Positions 38,549 through 48,483 of a stretch of DNA of 64,000 nt are shown here, piece after piece. Made by a program: the position numbers and the translations under genes. The DNA is from Gammaproteobacteria bacterium (GTDB lineage Bacteria > Pseudomonadota > Gammaproteobacteria > JAJPIJ01), in contig JAJPIJ010000051.1 in assembly GCA_021324815.1 (NCBI GenBank), positions 2,188 to 66,187 of the forward strand, in the 5' to 3' direction. The stretch's first letter is position 1, and each line of letters starts with the position of its first letter. Below the pieces are notes generated by a model that saw only the letters and a program-made list of their open reading frames with translations, did no database searches and was not told where the DNA came from.

Positions 38549-39883
38549 ATGAACGGACTGAGAAATCTGGAAAACAGCACCCTGGCCAAGTATCAGGTCA
38601 TCAAGGAGATTGGCAGGGGCAACATGGGCAAGGTCTATCTCGGCCACGATCCCTTCGTCGACCGGCCGGTGGCGATCAAGGTTGCGGACCAGGATCGGCT
38701 GGCCTCCATGGAGGACGGCGACCTCTACAAAAAACTCTTTTTCAACGAGGCCCAGGCGGCGGGGATGCTGAAGCATCCCAACATCACCGGCATCTACGAC
38801 GCCGGCGCCAATGACGGCGTGTATTACATCGTCATGGAATACGTGCACGGCGGCCAGACGCTGGAGCACTACTGCGATCCCCACAACCTGCTGCCGCTCA
38901 ACGAGGTGATTACCATCACCTACAAGTGCGCCGTGGCGCTGGACTACGCCCACAAGAAGGGGGTCATCCACCGCGACATCAAGCCGCGCAACATCCTCAT
39001 CACCGAGGATCACGACGTCAAAATCACCGACTTCGGCATCGCCGTGCTGCCGGAGGACCTCGGCAGCACCATGGTCAACCACGCCGGCTCGCCGCTGTAC
39101 ATGTCGCCGGAGCAGATCCAGGATCAGGACGTCACGCCGCAGACCGATATTTTCGCGCTGGGGCTGGTGGTCTATGAACTGCTGACCGGCCATCACCCGT
39201 TTCAATCCAACAACATCGAGGCCATACAGCATCTCATCCTGAACGGCGCCATTCCGCCGATCAAAAACTACCGCCCGGACGTCCCCGATGTCCTGGAGCG
39301 CATCGTCCATCGCGCGCTGGCCCGCGAAGCGCGCCTGCGCTACAAGTCCGCCATGGACATGGCCGGCGATTTGAGCCTCGTGTTCGATTTCATCCAGCCG
39401 GCCAGGGAATCGATCACCAAGCAGGAAAAATTCAACGCCGTCCGGGCGCAGGATTTCTTCCGCGATTTCACCGACAACGAAATCTGGGAGTTGATCAACG
39501 CCAGCCAGTGGCTGGACCTGCCCGCCAAGAGCAGCGTCATCGTCGAGGGCGACGTGGACAAGTCCTTCTACGTCATCCTCTCCGGCGTGGTGGAGGTCAT
39601 GAAATCCGGCGTTTACGTGGACACGCTGGTGAGCGGCGACTGCTTCGGCGAGATGGGTTTCGTCTCCGGACGCGAGCGCACCGCCAGCATCACGACGCGC
39701 GAGCCCAGCACCTTGATCAAGGTCCACGCGGCCCAGATTGAGCGCACCTCGCTCAACTGCCAGTTGCGCTTTCACAAGCTGTTCCTGCATACCCTGATCG
39801 CGCGCCTGTCGCGTGCGACCGACCGCATCGTCCGCACCGGCCAGCAGCCGGCGGTTCATGAACCGTCAACCCACGCCTCCTAA
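38549..39883 (+). CDS. Hanks-type Ser/Thr protein kinase fused to C-terminal cyclic-nucleotide-binding (cNMP) domain
   Basis: GRGNMGKV, VAIKV, HRDIKPRN, DFG, SPE motifs. C-terminal FGEMGF...RTASI cNMP-binding signature. Confidence 0.85.
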   Translation: MNGLRNLENSTLAKYQVIKEIGRGNMGKVYLGHDPFVDRPVAIKVADQDRLASMEDGDLYKKLFFNEAQAAGMLKHPNITGIYDAGANDGVYYIVMEYVHGGQTLEHYCDPHNLLPLNEVITITYKCAVALDYAHKKGVIHRDIKPRNILITEDHDVKITDFGIAVLPEDLGSTMVNHAGSPLYMSPEQIQDQDVTPQTDIFALGLVVYELLTGHHPFQSNNIEAIQHLILNGAIPPIKNYRPDVPDVLERIVHRALAREARLRYKSAMDMAGDLSLVFDFIQPARESITKQEKFNAVRAQDFFRDFTDNEIWELINASQWLDLPAKSSVIVEGDVDKSFYVILSGVVEVMKSGVYVDTLVSGDCFGEMGFVSGRERTASITTREPSTLIKVHAAQIERTSLNCQLRFHKLFLHTLIARLSRATDRIVRTGQQPAVHEPSTHAS

Positions 39884-41717
39884 GCGCCCGGCGGCGCCCC
39901 GTCCGGCGGACGTGAAATCCGCACCGGTGGAAGGCATGGTGCCGCCCGTTCAATCGGCGCAACCGGAGGGCAGGCTGACGCAGGAGCGGCTGCTCTCCTG
40001 GCTGCTCGCCGACAAGCTCATCGGCCTGCAACAGGTGGAACAGCTGCGCGTCTCGCAGCCCGGCCGCGGCGAGGACACCCGTCATCCGCTCATCCGCATC
40101 GGCGAACAGGGCTGGGTCAGCGCGACGCATCCCCCCTTCCCCTTGAGCCTCGAACGCCTGACGCGCTGGCTGGCGGAAAAGGTCGGACTGCCCTATGTGC
40201 GCATCGACCCGCTCAAGATCGACGTCGAGGCGGTGACCAAGCTCGTGTCGCAGGCCTACGCGCAACGCTTCCGCTTCCTGCCCATCGAAGTGGACGCGGA
40301 GAACGTCACGGTGGCGACCGCCGAGCCGTACCTGCGCGAGTGGGAGCTGGAGCTCTCGCGCATCCTGCAACGCAAGATCAGGCGCGTCATCGCCAACCCC
40401 AAGGACATCAACCGCTACCTCACGGAGTTTTACGGCGTCAGCCGCTCCATCTTCGGCGCCACGCGGGCCTCCACCGAGGGATCGGTGGTCACCAATTTCG
40501 AGTCGCTGACCGAACTCGGCAAGGTCGGCGAGCCGGACGCCAACGATCAACACATCGTCCATCTGGTCGACTGGCTGCTGCAATTCGCCTTCGAGCAGCG
40601 CGCCAGCGACATCCACGTCGAGCCCAGGCGCGAGCTGTCCCGCATCCGCTTCCGCATCGACGGCATGCTGCACCAGGTGCACGAGCTGCCGACGCCGATC
40701 GTCACCGCCATCACCAGCCGTCTGAAGTCGCTGGGCCGCATGGACGTCGCCGACAAGCGCCGCCCGCAGGACGGCCGCGTCAAGACCAAGACGCCGGCGG
40801 GCAAGGAGGTGGAGATGCGTTTGTCCACCATGCCGACCACCTTCGGCGAGAAACTGGTGCTGCGCATCTTCGACCCGCAGGTGCTGAGCCGCAGCTTCGC
40901 CGAGCTGGGCTTCGGCGATCACGATCTGGCCTGCTGGCAGCGCATGGTGGAAAACCCGCACGGCTTCATCCTCGTCACCGGCCCGACCGGCTCCGGCAAG
41001 ACCACGACGCTCTACTGCGCGCTCAAACAAATTGCGCGGCCGGAATACAACGTGTGCAGCATCGAGGACCCCATCGAGATGGTGGAGCCGCAGTTCAACC
41101 AGATGCAGGTGCAGCCCGCCATCGACGTGGACTTCGCCACTGGCGTGCGCACGCTGCTGCGCCAGGACCCGGACATCATCATGATCGGCGAAATCCGCGA
41201 TCGCGAGACCGCCGACGTCGCCATCCAGGCGGCGCTGACCGGCCACCTCGTGCTCTCCACGCTGCACACCAACGGCGCCCCCTCCGCCATCACGCGGCTC
41301 ATCGACATCGGCGTGCAGCCGTTCCTGATCGGCGCCTCGCTGCTCGGCGTCGTGGCGCAGCGCCTCGTGCGCACGCTCTGCGCCCATTGCAAAAAACCCG
41401 GCAAGCTCGACTGGAGCGGCTGGCAGGCGCTCACCGCCAACATCCACGTCGCCGCCCCCAAGGAGGTATACAAGCCCGTCGGCTGCGACGAATGCCGGCA
41501 CACCGGTTACCGGGGCCGCACCGGTCTCTACGAGATCCTCACCATGAACCGCGAGATGCGCGACCTCATCCGCCCGCAGGTGGACTCGGGCACGCTGCGC
41601 GACGCCGCCATCCGCAGCGGCATGCGCGACCTGCGCCAGAGCGGCGCCGAGAAAGTCGCCGCCGGCGTCACCACGCTGGAGGAGGTCATCTCCGTCATCC
41701 CCCCGCAGGAATCCTGA
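39858..41717 (+). CDS. GspE/PilB/MshE-family secretion ATPase with MshEN-like N-terminal domain and C-terminal tetracysteine zinc site
   Basis: Walker A GPTGSGKTTT, Asp/His boxes, CAHC...CDEC. N-terminal LLSWLLADKLIGLQQVEQL resembles the MshEN motif. The start overlaps the kinase gene by 26 nt. Confidence 0.85.
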   Translation: MNRQPTPPKRPAAPRPADVKSAPVEGMVPPVQSAQPEGRLTQERLLSWLLADKLIGLQQVEQLRVSQPGRGEDTRHPLIRIGEQGWVSATHPPFPLSLERLTRWLAEKVGLPYVRIDPLKIDVEAVTKLVSQAYAQRFRFLPIEVDAENVTVATAEPYLREWELELSRILQRKIRRVIANPKDINRYLTEFYGVSRSIFGATRASTEGSVVTNFESLTELGKVGEPDANDQHIVHLVDWLLQFAFEQRASDIHVEPRRELSRIRFRIDGMLHQVHELPTPIVTAITSRLKSLGRMDVADKRRPQDGRVKTKTPAGKEVEMRLSTMPTTFGEKLVLRIFDPQVLSRSFAELGFGDHDLACWQRMVENPHGFILVTGPTGSGKTTTLYCALKQIARPEYNVCSIEDPIEMVEPQFNQMQVQPAIDVDFATGVRTLLRQDPDIIMIGEIRDRETADVAIQAALTGHLVLSTLHTNGAPSAITRLIDIGVQPFLIGASLLGVVAQRLVRTLCAHCKKPGKLDWSGWQALTANIHVAAPKEVYKPVGCDECRHTGYRGRTGLYEILTMNREMRDLIRPQVDSGTLRDAAIRSGMRDLRQSGAEKVAAGVTTLEEVISVIPPQES

Positions 41718-42282
41718 CAGGCTGCTGCAAAACTACTGCGCTCGGCATGACTTTGTCGCTCGGGGCCCGGAAATCCTCATTTACTGCCGTGTAAACTCCG
41801 GTTTCCTCGCCCCTCGCGCCGCGTACTGCCTGCGCTCGCTACGTTTCGCCCGAATTACCTTGCCTTTTTCAAAGACTCGGGATTCTGATGAACAAATTAG
41901 AAATCCTGACTTTCGTCCGCGTTTTAGTGGAAAGCATTCGAAATCAAAGGAACGGAAGAATCCGGCCTGGCCGTGAACGTCACTGCCGGTGCATCGCAGC
42001 AAGCACTTGCTTTTCTATGGATTCCACATTCTGATCTGTCATACCGACAATTGCCATGTCACCTTGCGAACATCGCACGATGACGCTTTGGTATCCGGCT
42101 TCCGAGAACATTGCCCGTTTCGCTATCGTTTGCCGCGGCATACCCCAATGGGAATCGGGCCATTTTCAGAGCCGACCGCCATGTGGATCGCTCGCGTCTC
42201 ATTGATGATGCAAGGCATCGCGCAGTGGACAGAGGCAACCGCCGGCTGGAATTGAATCCTTTCATCAAAGACCTTCCGAACA

Positions 42283-42552
42283 TCATCGGCAGACAGGGTG
42301 TCTAGCGCCAGAGATTGCGCCTGCTTCGAACTGCCGGGCATATTCACGTCGTAACGTCGTGAAAAGCCACTCCTTTGCCGCCATCTCGCCACGTAACTGG
42401 CGGATCGATCGCCACGCCCGCGCAAATGTCTCCTGCACAAGGTCTTCGGCTTCTGGGCGATTACGGATCAGCCAATAAGCAAAATGATACAGATCGGCCG
42501 AACACGCAAGGACCAGTGCCGCAAACCGCGTTTGCGTGACTCCATGCTTCAT
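42283..42552 (-). pseudogene. ECF sigma factor remnant (sigma70 region 2 only, region 4 missing)
   Basis: 89-aa ORF with region-2 motif DLVQETFARAWRSIRQLRGE, then a stop. No region-4 HTH in any downstream frame. Confidence 0.5.
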
Positions 42553-42734
42553 TAGACCGGGTATCCCGGTCGACTACTACAGCTTAGGGGAACGACGGCG
42601 GGAAGAACGCGATGCCGTTGGGAAACCAACCTTGCCGCCGGTTCGGACCGCCCTACACTACTCGAAGGATCGTCAAGGTCCACCCCCGCCGGATAACCCG
42701 GCCAAGTAGACTATTGCAACACGAATGGGTGCCA

Positions 42735-42763
42735 GGAACGTTTCGCCCGCCTGTTTCGTCTTT
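42735..42763 (+). promoter_or_regulatory. ECF-type promoter candidate (GGAAC-N17-CGTCTT) upstream of ECF sigma gene
   Basis: Classic autoregulated ECF -35 GGAAC / -10 CGTC architecture, about 85 nt before ATG 42848. Confidence 0.4.
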
Positions 42764-42847
42764 ACGTAATAAGAACGCAATGTTGCCTGAAAAAGTCGGG
42801 GGGCGGTCCGATCGCCTGCTCCAGTTCTTCCAATAACAGCCAACTAT

Positions 42848-43378
42848 ATGACATACAAAGAGTTTACTGAACTGGCGTTGTCTTATCGGGAGGACCTTTA
42901 TGCCTATGCAAGACGTCTCTGCCATGCAGAGTGGGATGCCGATGACTTGTTGCAGTCCGCTTATGAACATGCCTTTAGAAGATGGGGGACTCTCCGGCAC
43001 CCCGCGCTTTGCCGCGGGTGGCTTTTTCGAATCGTCAGGAATCTACATATCGATCGGACACGTGCAACCTCCGCCCGCAGCGAATTGCGGTTGGTTAAAC
43101 CCGGCGACTGTATCGCTCCGGAACCCATCGTACCCGCGGAGACCGTCGAACGGCTGACGGTGCATCAACTGGAATGGGCGCTGACACGTCTGCCGCGGGA
43201 ACAAGCCGAGGCCGTGTTGCTCTGTGACCTCTGGGGATTCACATACGAAGAAATCATGACAATCACTGACACTGCCTTGGGCACGGTGCGGTCGCGGATC
43301 TCCCGTGGAAGATTATCGCTATCCCGCCTGTTGGTCGCAGGAACCGAGGTCGTGGGTACCTCAGGTACATTCCTATGA
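42848..43378 (+). CDS. ECF (sigma-70 family) RNA polymerase sigma factor
   Basis: Region 2 (DLLQSAYEHAFRRW) and region 4 (LPREQAEAVLLCDLWGFTYEEIMTITDTALGTVRSRISRGR). 176 aa. Confidence 0.85.
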   Translation: MTYKEFTELALSYREDLYAYARRLCHAEWDADDLLQSAYEHAFRRWGTLRHPALCRGWLFRIVRNLHIDRTRATSARSELRLVKPGDCIAPEPIVPAETVERLTVHQLEWALTRLPREQAEAVLLCDLWGFTYEEIMTITDTALGTVRSRISRGRLSLSRLLVAGTEVVGTSGTFL

Positions 43379-44106
43379 ACTGCAATAAGCACGTCGATAC
43401 CATCTCAGCGTACGTGGATGGCGAAGTCACGCCGGAAGAACGAGTAGCAATGGAACGACATTTCGCAAGCTGCTCCGAATGTTCCCGACGCCTCGCCAGC
43501 TACCGAAGTCTCAAGCATATCGTCGGTCGCCTGCAGGGACGGGTATCTCTTCCTGAGCCCGTCGATGCCAGGATTGGAGGGTTGCGCTTTCGTTTTGGCG
43601 AACAACAATGGTCCAAATGGATACAATGGTTGACGGGCGCCCTTGCAGCCACCGCAGCGGTTTTGGCGGTTTACCTCACTTTCTGGGTGAAAGCGTCGCC
43701 GGAACGTAATACATCCCTCGTTCATGAGCTGGTAGCAGATCATGTTCGCTTTGGGCAGTCCACCATGGCGACGGAGGTTGCATCGCAGGATCCGTCGGTG
43801 GTGTCGCGCTTTTTTGCCAACCGCCTGGATTTTGACCCGTATGTCCCCATCTTGGCCGGCGCTGATCTTATCGGAGGTCGGGTTTGTACGATCGCGGGCA
43901 GCAAGTCTCAACTGCTTTTCTACCGCTTGGGGGATCGCAAGCTGTCGCTGTACGTCATGAACCAGCCCGTCGATGCAGTCTCCCAATGCCGCCAGGTCGG
44001 CCAGCACCATGTGTGCGGCCGGCGCCATGGCCCGCTCTCGCTGGTGTTGGTCGGCGACGAATCTGACAGCGCTTTGGAAGAGCTTCTCAAACGCGCTGCT
44101 TTGTGA
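43375..44106 (+). CDS. zf-HC2 anti-sigma factor with TM helix and periplasmic domain
   Basis: HFASCSECSRR zinc-finger motif, TM segment LTGALAATAAVLAVYLTFWV. The start overlaps the sigma stop (ATGA). Confidence 0.7.
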   Translation: MNCNKHVDTISAYVDGEVTPEERVAMERHFASCSECSRRLASYRSLKHIVGRLQGRVSLPEPVDARIGGLRFRFGEQQWSKWIQWLTGALAATAAVLAVYLTFWVKASPERNTSLVHELVADHVRFGQSTMATEVASQDPSVVSRFFANRLDFDPYVPILAGADLIGGRVCTIAGSKSQLLFYRLGDRKLSLYVMNQPVDAVSQCRQVGQHHVCGRRHGPLSLVLVGDESDSALEELLKRAAL

Positions 44107-44117
44107 GTCGGGTCTAA

Positions 44118-47100
44118 TGACACGCTACGCCCTTGACAATCCCTACGCCGTTGTCGTCCTCGCCCTGGCGATTCTTGTCATCGGCTCGACGTCGATCACT
44201 CGCCTACCGACGGACATTCTGCCGACGTTCAAGACGCCCGCCGTGCAAATTCTCACCTTCTATCCGGGAATGCCGACGGAAGTCATGGAGAAGGACATTA
44301 CGACGCGACTCGAACGGTGGACCGGTCAGGCCAATGGCGTCGCGCGGCAGGAGGCCAAGTCGATGGTTGGCGTGAGCGTCGTGAAGGATTTCTTCCGCGA
44401 GGATGTGAATCCGAACACGGCGATGTCCCAAGTCACATCGCTCGCGATGAGCGATCTCTATTATCTCCCGCCGGGGACGATTCCGCCGATGGTCATGCCC
44501 TTTGATCCGACGGCTTCCATCCCGCTGGCACTCATCAGCGTCTCGAGCAAAACGCTGGACGAAACGGCGCTTTACGACGTGGCCTACTTCGATCTGCGCA
44601 ACCGGCTGCAATCCATCCCCGGCGTCATCGCGCCCGCCGTCTATGGCGGGAAGCTCCGTCGTATTCTGGCTTACGTCGATCCCGAGAAGGCACAGGTCCG
44701 CGGGCTCTCGCCCTTGGACGTCATCAATACCATCCGCAACTACAACGTGATGATTCCAACCGGTGACGCCAAGTTCGGCGCGCTGGATTATCAGATCAAC
44801 GCCAACGGCATGGTTGCGACCGTGAACGAACTGAACGACCTCCCTCTCAACGTCGGCCACGGACCGCCGACCTACATCCGCGATGTCGCCAAGGTCGAGG
44901 ACTCGAACCAAATTCAATCGAACATCGTTCGCGTGAACGGCAGGCGACAGGTCTATGTCCCTATCTACCGTCAACCCGGCGCGAATACGATCGCGGTCGT
45001 CGAAGGGATCAAGGCACAACTCAAGCCCATCCTGGAACGCATCAAGGGCATCAGCCTCGACGTGGTGATGGACCAGTCGTTTTACGTGCGCGAGTCAATC
45101 AACAACCTGATTTATGAAGCCATCATCGGTGCGGGGCTGGCGGCACTGCTGGTGCTGGTCTTTCTCGGCAGTTTCCGGCCCATGTTCATCGTTCTCCTCT
45201 CGCTGCCGCTGGCGTGCCTCGGCGCTTTCATCGGGCTTCATTTCACGGGGGAGAGCCTGAACGCGATGACGCTTGGTGGTCTCGCTCTGGCGGTCGGGCT
45301 GTTGATCGACCAGTCGATCGTCGTCATTGAAAACACGGAGCGGCATCTCTCCCTCGGGAAGCCGCCCATGACCGCTGCGCTCGACGGCGCGACGGAGGTG
45401 GCCAAGCCGCTGCTGATCATTACGGTGACGCTGGCGGTGGTTTTTTTCCCGGTGGTTTTTCTCACCGGCATCGGCAAGTTCCTGTTCACGCCGCTGGCGA
45501 AGACCGTCATCATTGCCGTTGGCACAAGCTACATCCTGGCGCTGACGCTGGTGCCAGTCTGCGCCGCGAAATTTCTCCGGCACAAAGTCTCGGCGAGGCG
45601 CTCCGATGCGCGGGCACAAATCCTCCCGCAGGAGACCGGCCCGCATCCGCAGCCGTCGGCGGGCGACGAGGAGCATTTTGAGGCGGAAGAGGAGCGGGGC
45701 TGGTTTTATCGCGTTCGCCGGAGCTACGGCAATCTGTTGAACAAAGCTTTCGCCCATCGCCGGCTCGTGCTCGGAACCACGGCGCTGATGTTTGTCGCCT
45801 CGTTGTCCCTCTTCAAATTTTTGGGGACGGAATTGTTTCCGCAAACCGACGCCGGGCAATTCATGGTGAAAGTGCGCTCCCAAACGGGTCTGCGCGTCGA
45901 GCGAACCGAACAACTCATTGCCGGGGTCGAAAAGTCCATCGCCGCAACCATCCCGGAGCAGGAACGAAAGATCATCATTTCAAACATCGGCGTGCTGCTG
46001 GACTGGCCGGCGGCCTACACGCCGAACTCCGGGTCGCAAGACGCGTTTGTTCTCGTTCAACTGGCTGAAAAGCACGCACGATCGACTTTCGATTACGTGA
46101 ACGAGTTGCGCCAACAGCTTCCGCTAGAATTCCCCGGCACGGAGTTCAGTTTCGATACGGGCGGCATGATGACGGCGGCCTTGAACGGCGGTCTGCCCTC
46201 CCCCATCAACATTCAGATCGAAGGCAGCAACCTCGATGTGGCGCATAGCATCGCGGAAGAAATTAAACGCTTTTCAGAAAACGTGCCAGGCGCGGTAGAT
46301 GTGCGTATTCAGCAACGGCTCGACGCGCCGCAAATCAACGTGGACGTGGATCGCACGAAGGCCGCACAGGTCGGCCTCACCCAGGACAGTGTCGTCAAGA
46401 ACATCGTCACCGCGCTCAACAGTTCCGTTAATTTTGCACCCTCGTTCTGGATTGATGAACACAACGGCAATCACTACTTCATTGGCGCGCAGTACCGGGA
46501 GTCGGACATCAAGTCGCTGGACACAGTGCTCGATATTCCCATCGCCGGCCCGCAGCAAGCCACGCCCATTCCGTTGCGCAACGTGGCAAAGTTTTCGCGC
46601 GGGACTGCTCCTTCTGAAATCAATCACCTCAACATCACCCGCGTGACCGACATCTACGTGAATGTACGCGGTCGTGACGTTGGCTCGGTGGCGGCGGAGA
46701 TCGAGAAACACATCAACCGGATTCGCAACGACCGCGCCGAGGTGCCGGAGGGTTACTACATTCAAATGCGCGGCGAGGTGAAGTCCATGCACGACTCCTT
46801 CCAATCGCTAGGCTTCGGGTTCGTTCTCGCCGTCGTGCTGGTTTATCTGGTCATGGTCGTCCAGTTCCGCTCGTTCCTCGATCCATTCATCGTCATGTTC
46901 GCCGTGCCGCTCGGCTTGATCGGCGTGGCACTGATGCTCTACTTCACGGGTACGTCTCTGAGCATCCAGTCGGCGATGGGCATCATCATGATGGTCGGCA
47001 TTGTGGTCAGCTTCAGCGTCATCATGGTGGACTTCGCGAACCGTATTCTGGAGGAGGCCCGGAGGAAAGGAATCCCAAAGACCGCTCGTCACGCCATCTT

Positions 47101-47320
47101 TGAGGCGGCGACACTCCGGCTGCGTCCGATTCTGATGGTCGGTCTGGCGGCGGTACTCGGCTTAACGCCCATGGCCATTTCTGGCGGTGCGAACATCCCA
47201 CTGGCCCGCGCTGTGGTCGGCGGCCTGCTGGCCGCAGTGGTGATGGTCTTGTTCGTTGTGCCGATTCTCTATCTGCTATTCAAAGGAGAGAGGCCAACTC
47301 AAACAGCATCGCAGATATGA
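44118..47320 (+). CDS. efflux RND permease (second pump; ECF-linked)
   Basis: 1067 aa. 12-TM/2-loop RND architecture, TM4 LLIDQSIVVIENTERH. Confidence 0.9.
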
Positions 47321-48483
47321 AAAAACACTTGCTACATCTTCTGATTGGCTGCGGCGGAATCCTCGCCGCCGTTTTGTTGACCGGCTGTGATCGTTCCGCG
47401 AAAGTATATGCCTCTTCGTCCGCGCCCATTCCGAACGTGCAAGTCGTTCACCTGAAATCAGGGGAGATCACCCGCCGCATCGCACTACCGGGCAATCTGC
47501 GCGCCTACCAGGAAGCGACGCTCTACGCGAAAGTGCCTGGTTATCTGAAATCCATTGCGGTAGACCGGGGCGACTGGGTCAAAGCGAATGATGTGCTCGC
47601 GGAACTCGAAGTCCCCGAGATGCTGGCCGACGTGGAGCGCTACCAGGCGGAATTAAGCCGCTCCGAGGCTGAGTCGGTGCGCGCCGAGGCGGAAGCACAA
47701 TTGGCGGAGATCGAACAAGAACGCGTCCGCAGAGCTCAAGAGAAGGCACCGGACTTGGTGATACCGCTGGCCGTTGACAAAGCCAGGGCCCAGTTTAAGG
47801 TAACCAAAGCCCAACAGGTTGTCGCCCGGTCGAATTACGAAGTCGGCCGTGCCAACTTGAAACGGCTCGAGACTCTTATCAGTTACTCAAAGATCATTGC
47901 TCCGTTCGACGGCGTCGTGGTCAGACGCTGGGTGGACATCGGAGCATTTATTCCAGCGGCCACTTCCAGCAGCGCCGCCCGCAGTGCCGCCGTGGTCACA
48001 GTGATGGACTTCAGCCGCGTTCGCATCGAAGTGGCTATCCCGGAACCGGAAGTGCCGCTGGTCAAGAAGAATTTGCCGGTCAAAGTCACGGTCGAGGAAC
48101 TGCCGGGCCGTGTATTCAATGGGAAAATATCGCGCTTCGCCTACGCGCTCGACGAATCCACCAAGACAATGATGACGGAAATCGAAATTCCGAATTCCGA
48201 CCACGCGCTGCGCCCCGGGATGTACGCAAGCTGTCAGATTACTTTGGAAAAGAAGACGGACGCTCAACTTCTGCCCGCCGAGGCGATCATCACGGAAAAG
48301 AACAAAAGTTTTGTTTTCGCCTACCGTGATGGGAAGGCCGCTCGTCTTCCGGTCAAGACCGGCTTCGATGATGGCATTGCCGTCGAAATCCTGGAGGGAT
48401 TGAAACCCAACGAAGCCGTGATTGTGGCCGGCAGGCAGGCCATCACGGACGGTCAAATCGTCAACGCCACGGAGGCCCAATGA
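47317..48483 (+). CDS. efflux RND periplasmic adaptor subunit
   Basis: Lipobox LLTGC, biotinyl-lipoyl/beta-barrel MFP pattern. ATGA overlap with the RND gene. Confidence 0.85.
   Translation: MKKHLLHLLIGCGGILAAVLLTGCDRSAKVYASSSAPIPNVQVVHLKSGEITRRIALPGNLRAYQEATLYAKVPGYLKSIAVDRGDWVKANDVLAELEVPEMLADVERYQAELSRSEAESVRAEAEAQLAEIEQERVRRAQEKAPDLVIPLAVDKARAQFKVTKAQQVVARSNYEVGRANLKRLETLISYSKIIAPFDGVVVRRWVDIGAFIPAATSSSAARSAAVVTVMDFSRVRIEVAIPEPEVPLVKKNLPVKVTVEELPGRVFNGKISRFAYALDESTKTMMTEIEIPNSDHALRPGMYASCQITLEKKTDAQLLPAEAIITEKNKSFVFAYRDGKAARLPVKTGFDDGIAVEILEGLKPNEAVIVAGRQAITDGQIVNATEAQ

Noticed and set aside
42123-42440. Possible sigma70 region-4 continuation of the truncated ECF sigma in an alternative frame
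   Set aside because: Translations of all three downstream frames lack a convincing LPxxxRxVF...GTVKSR HTH. The best frame (LPLSTARCLASSMRRERSTWRSALKMA) is too divergent to call.
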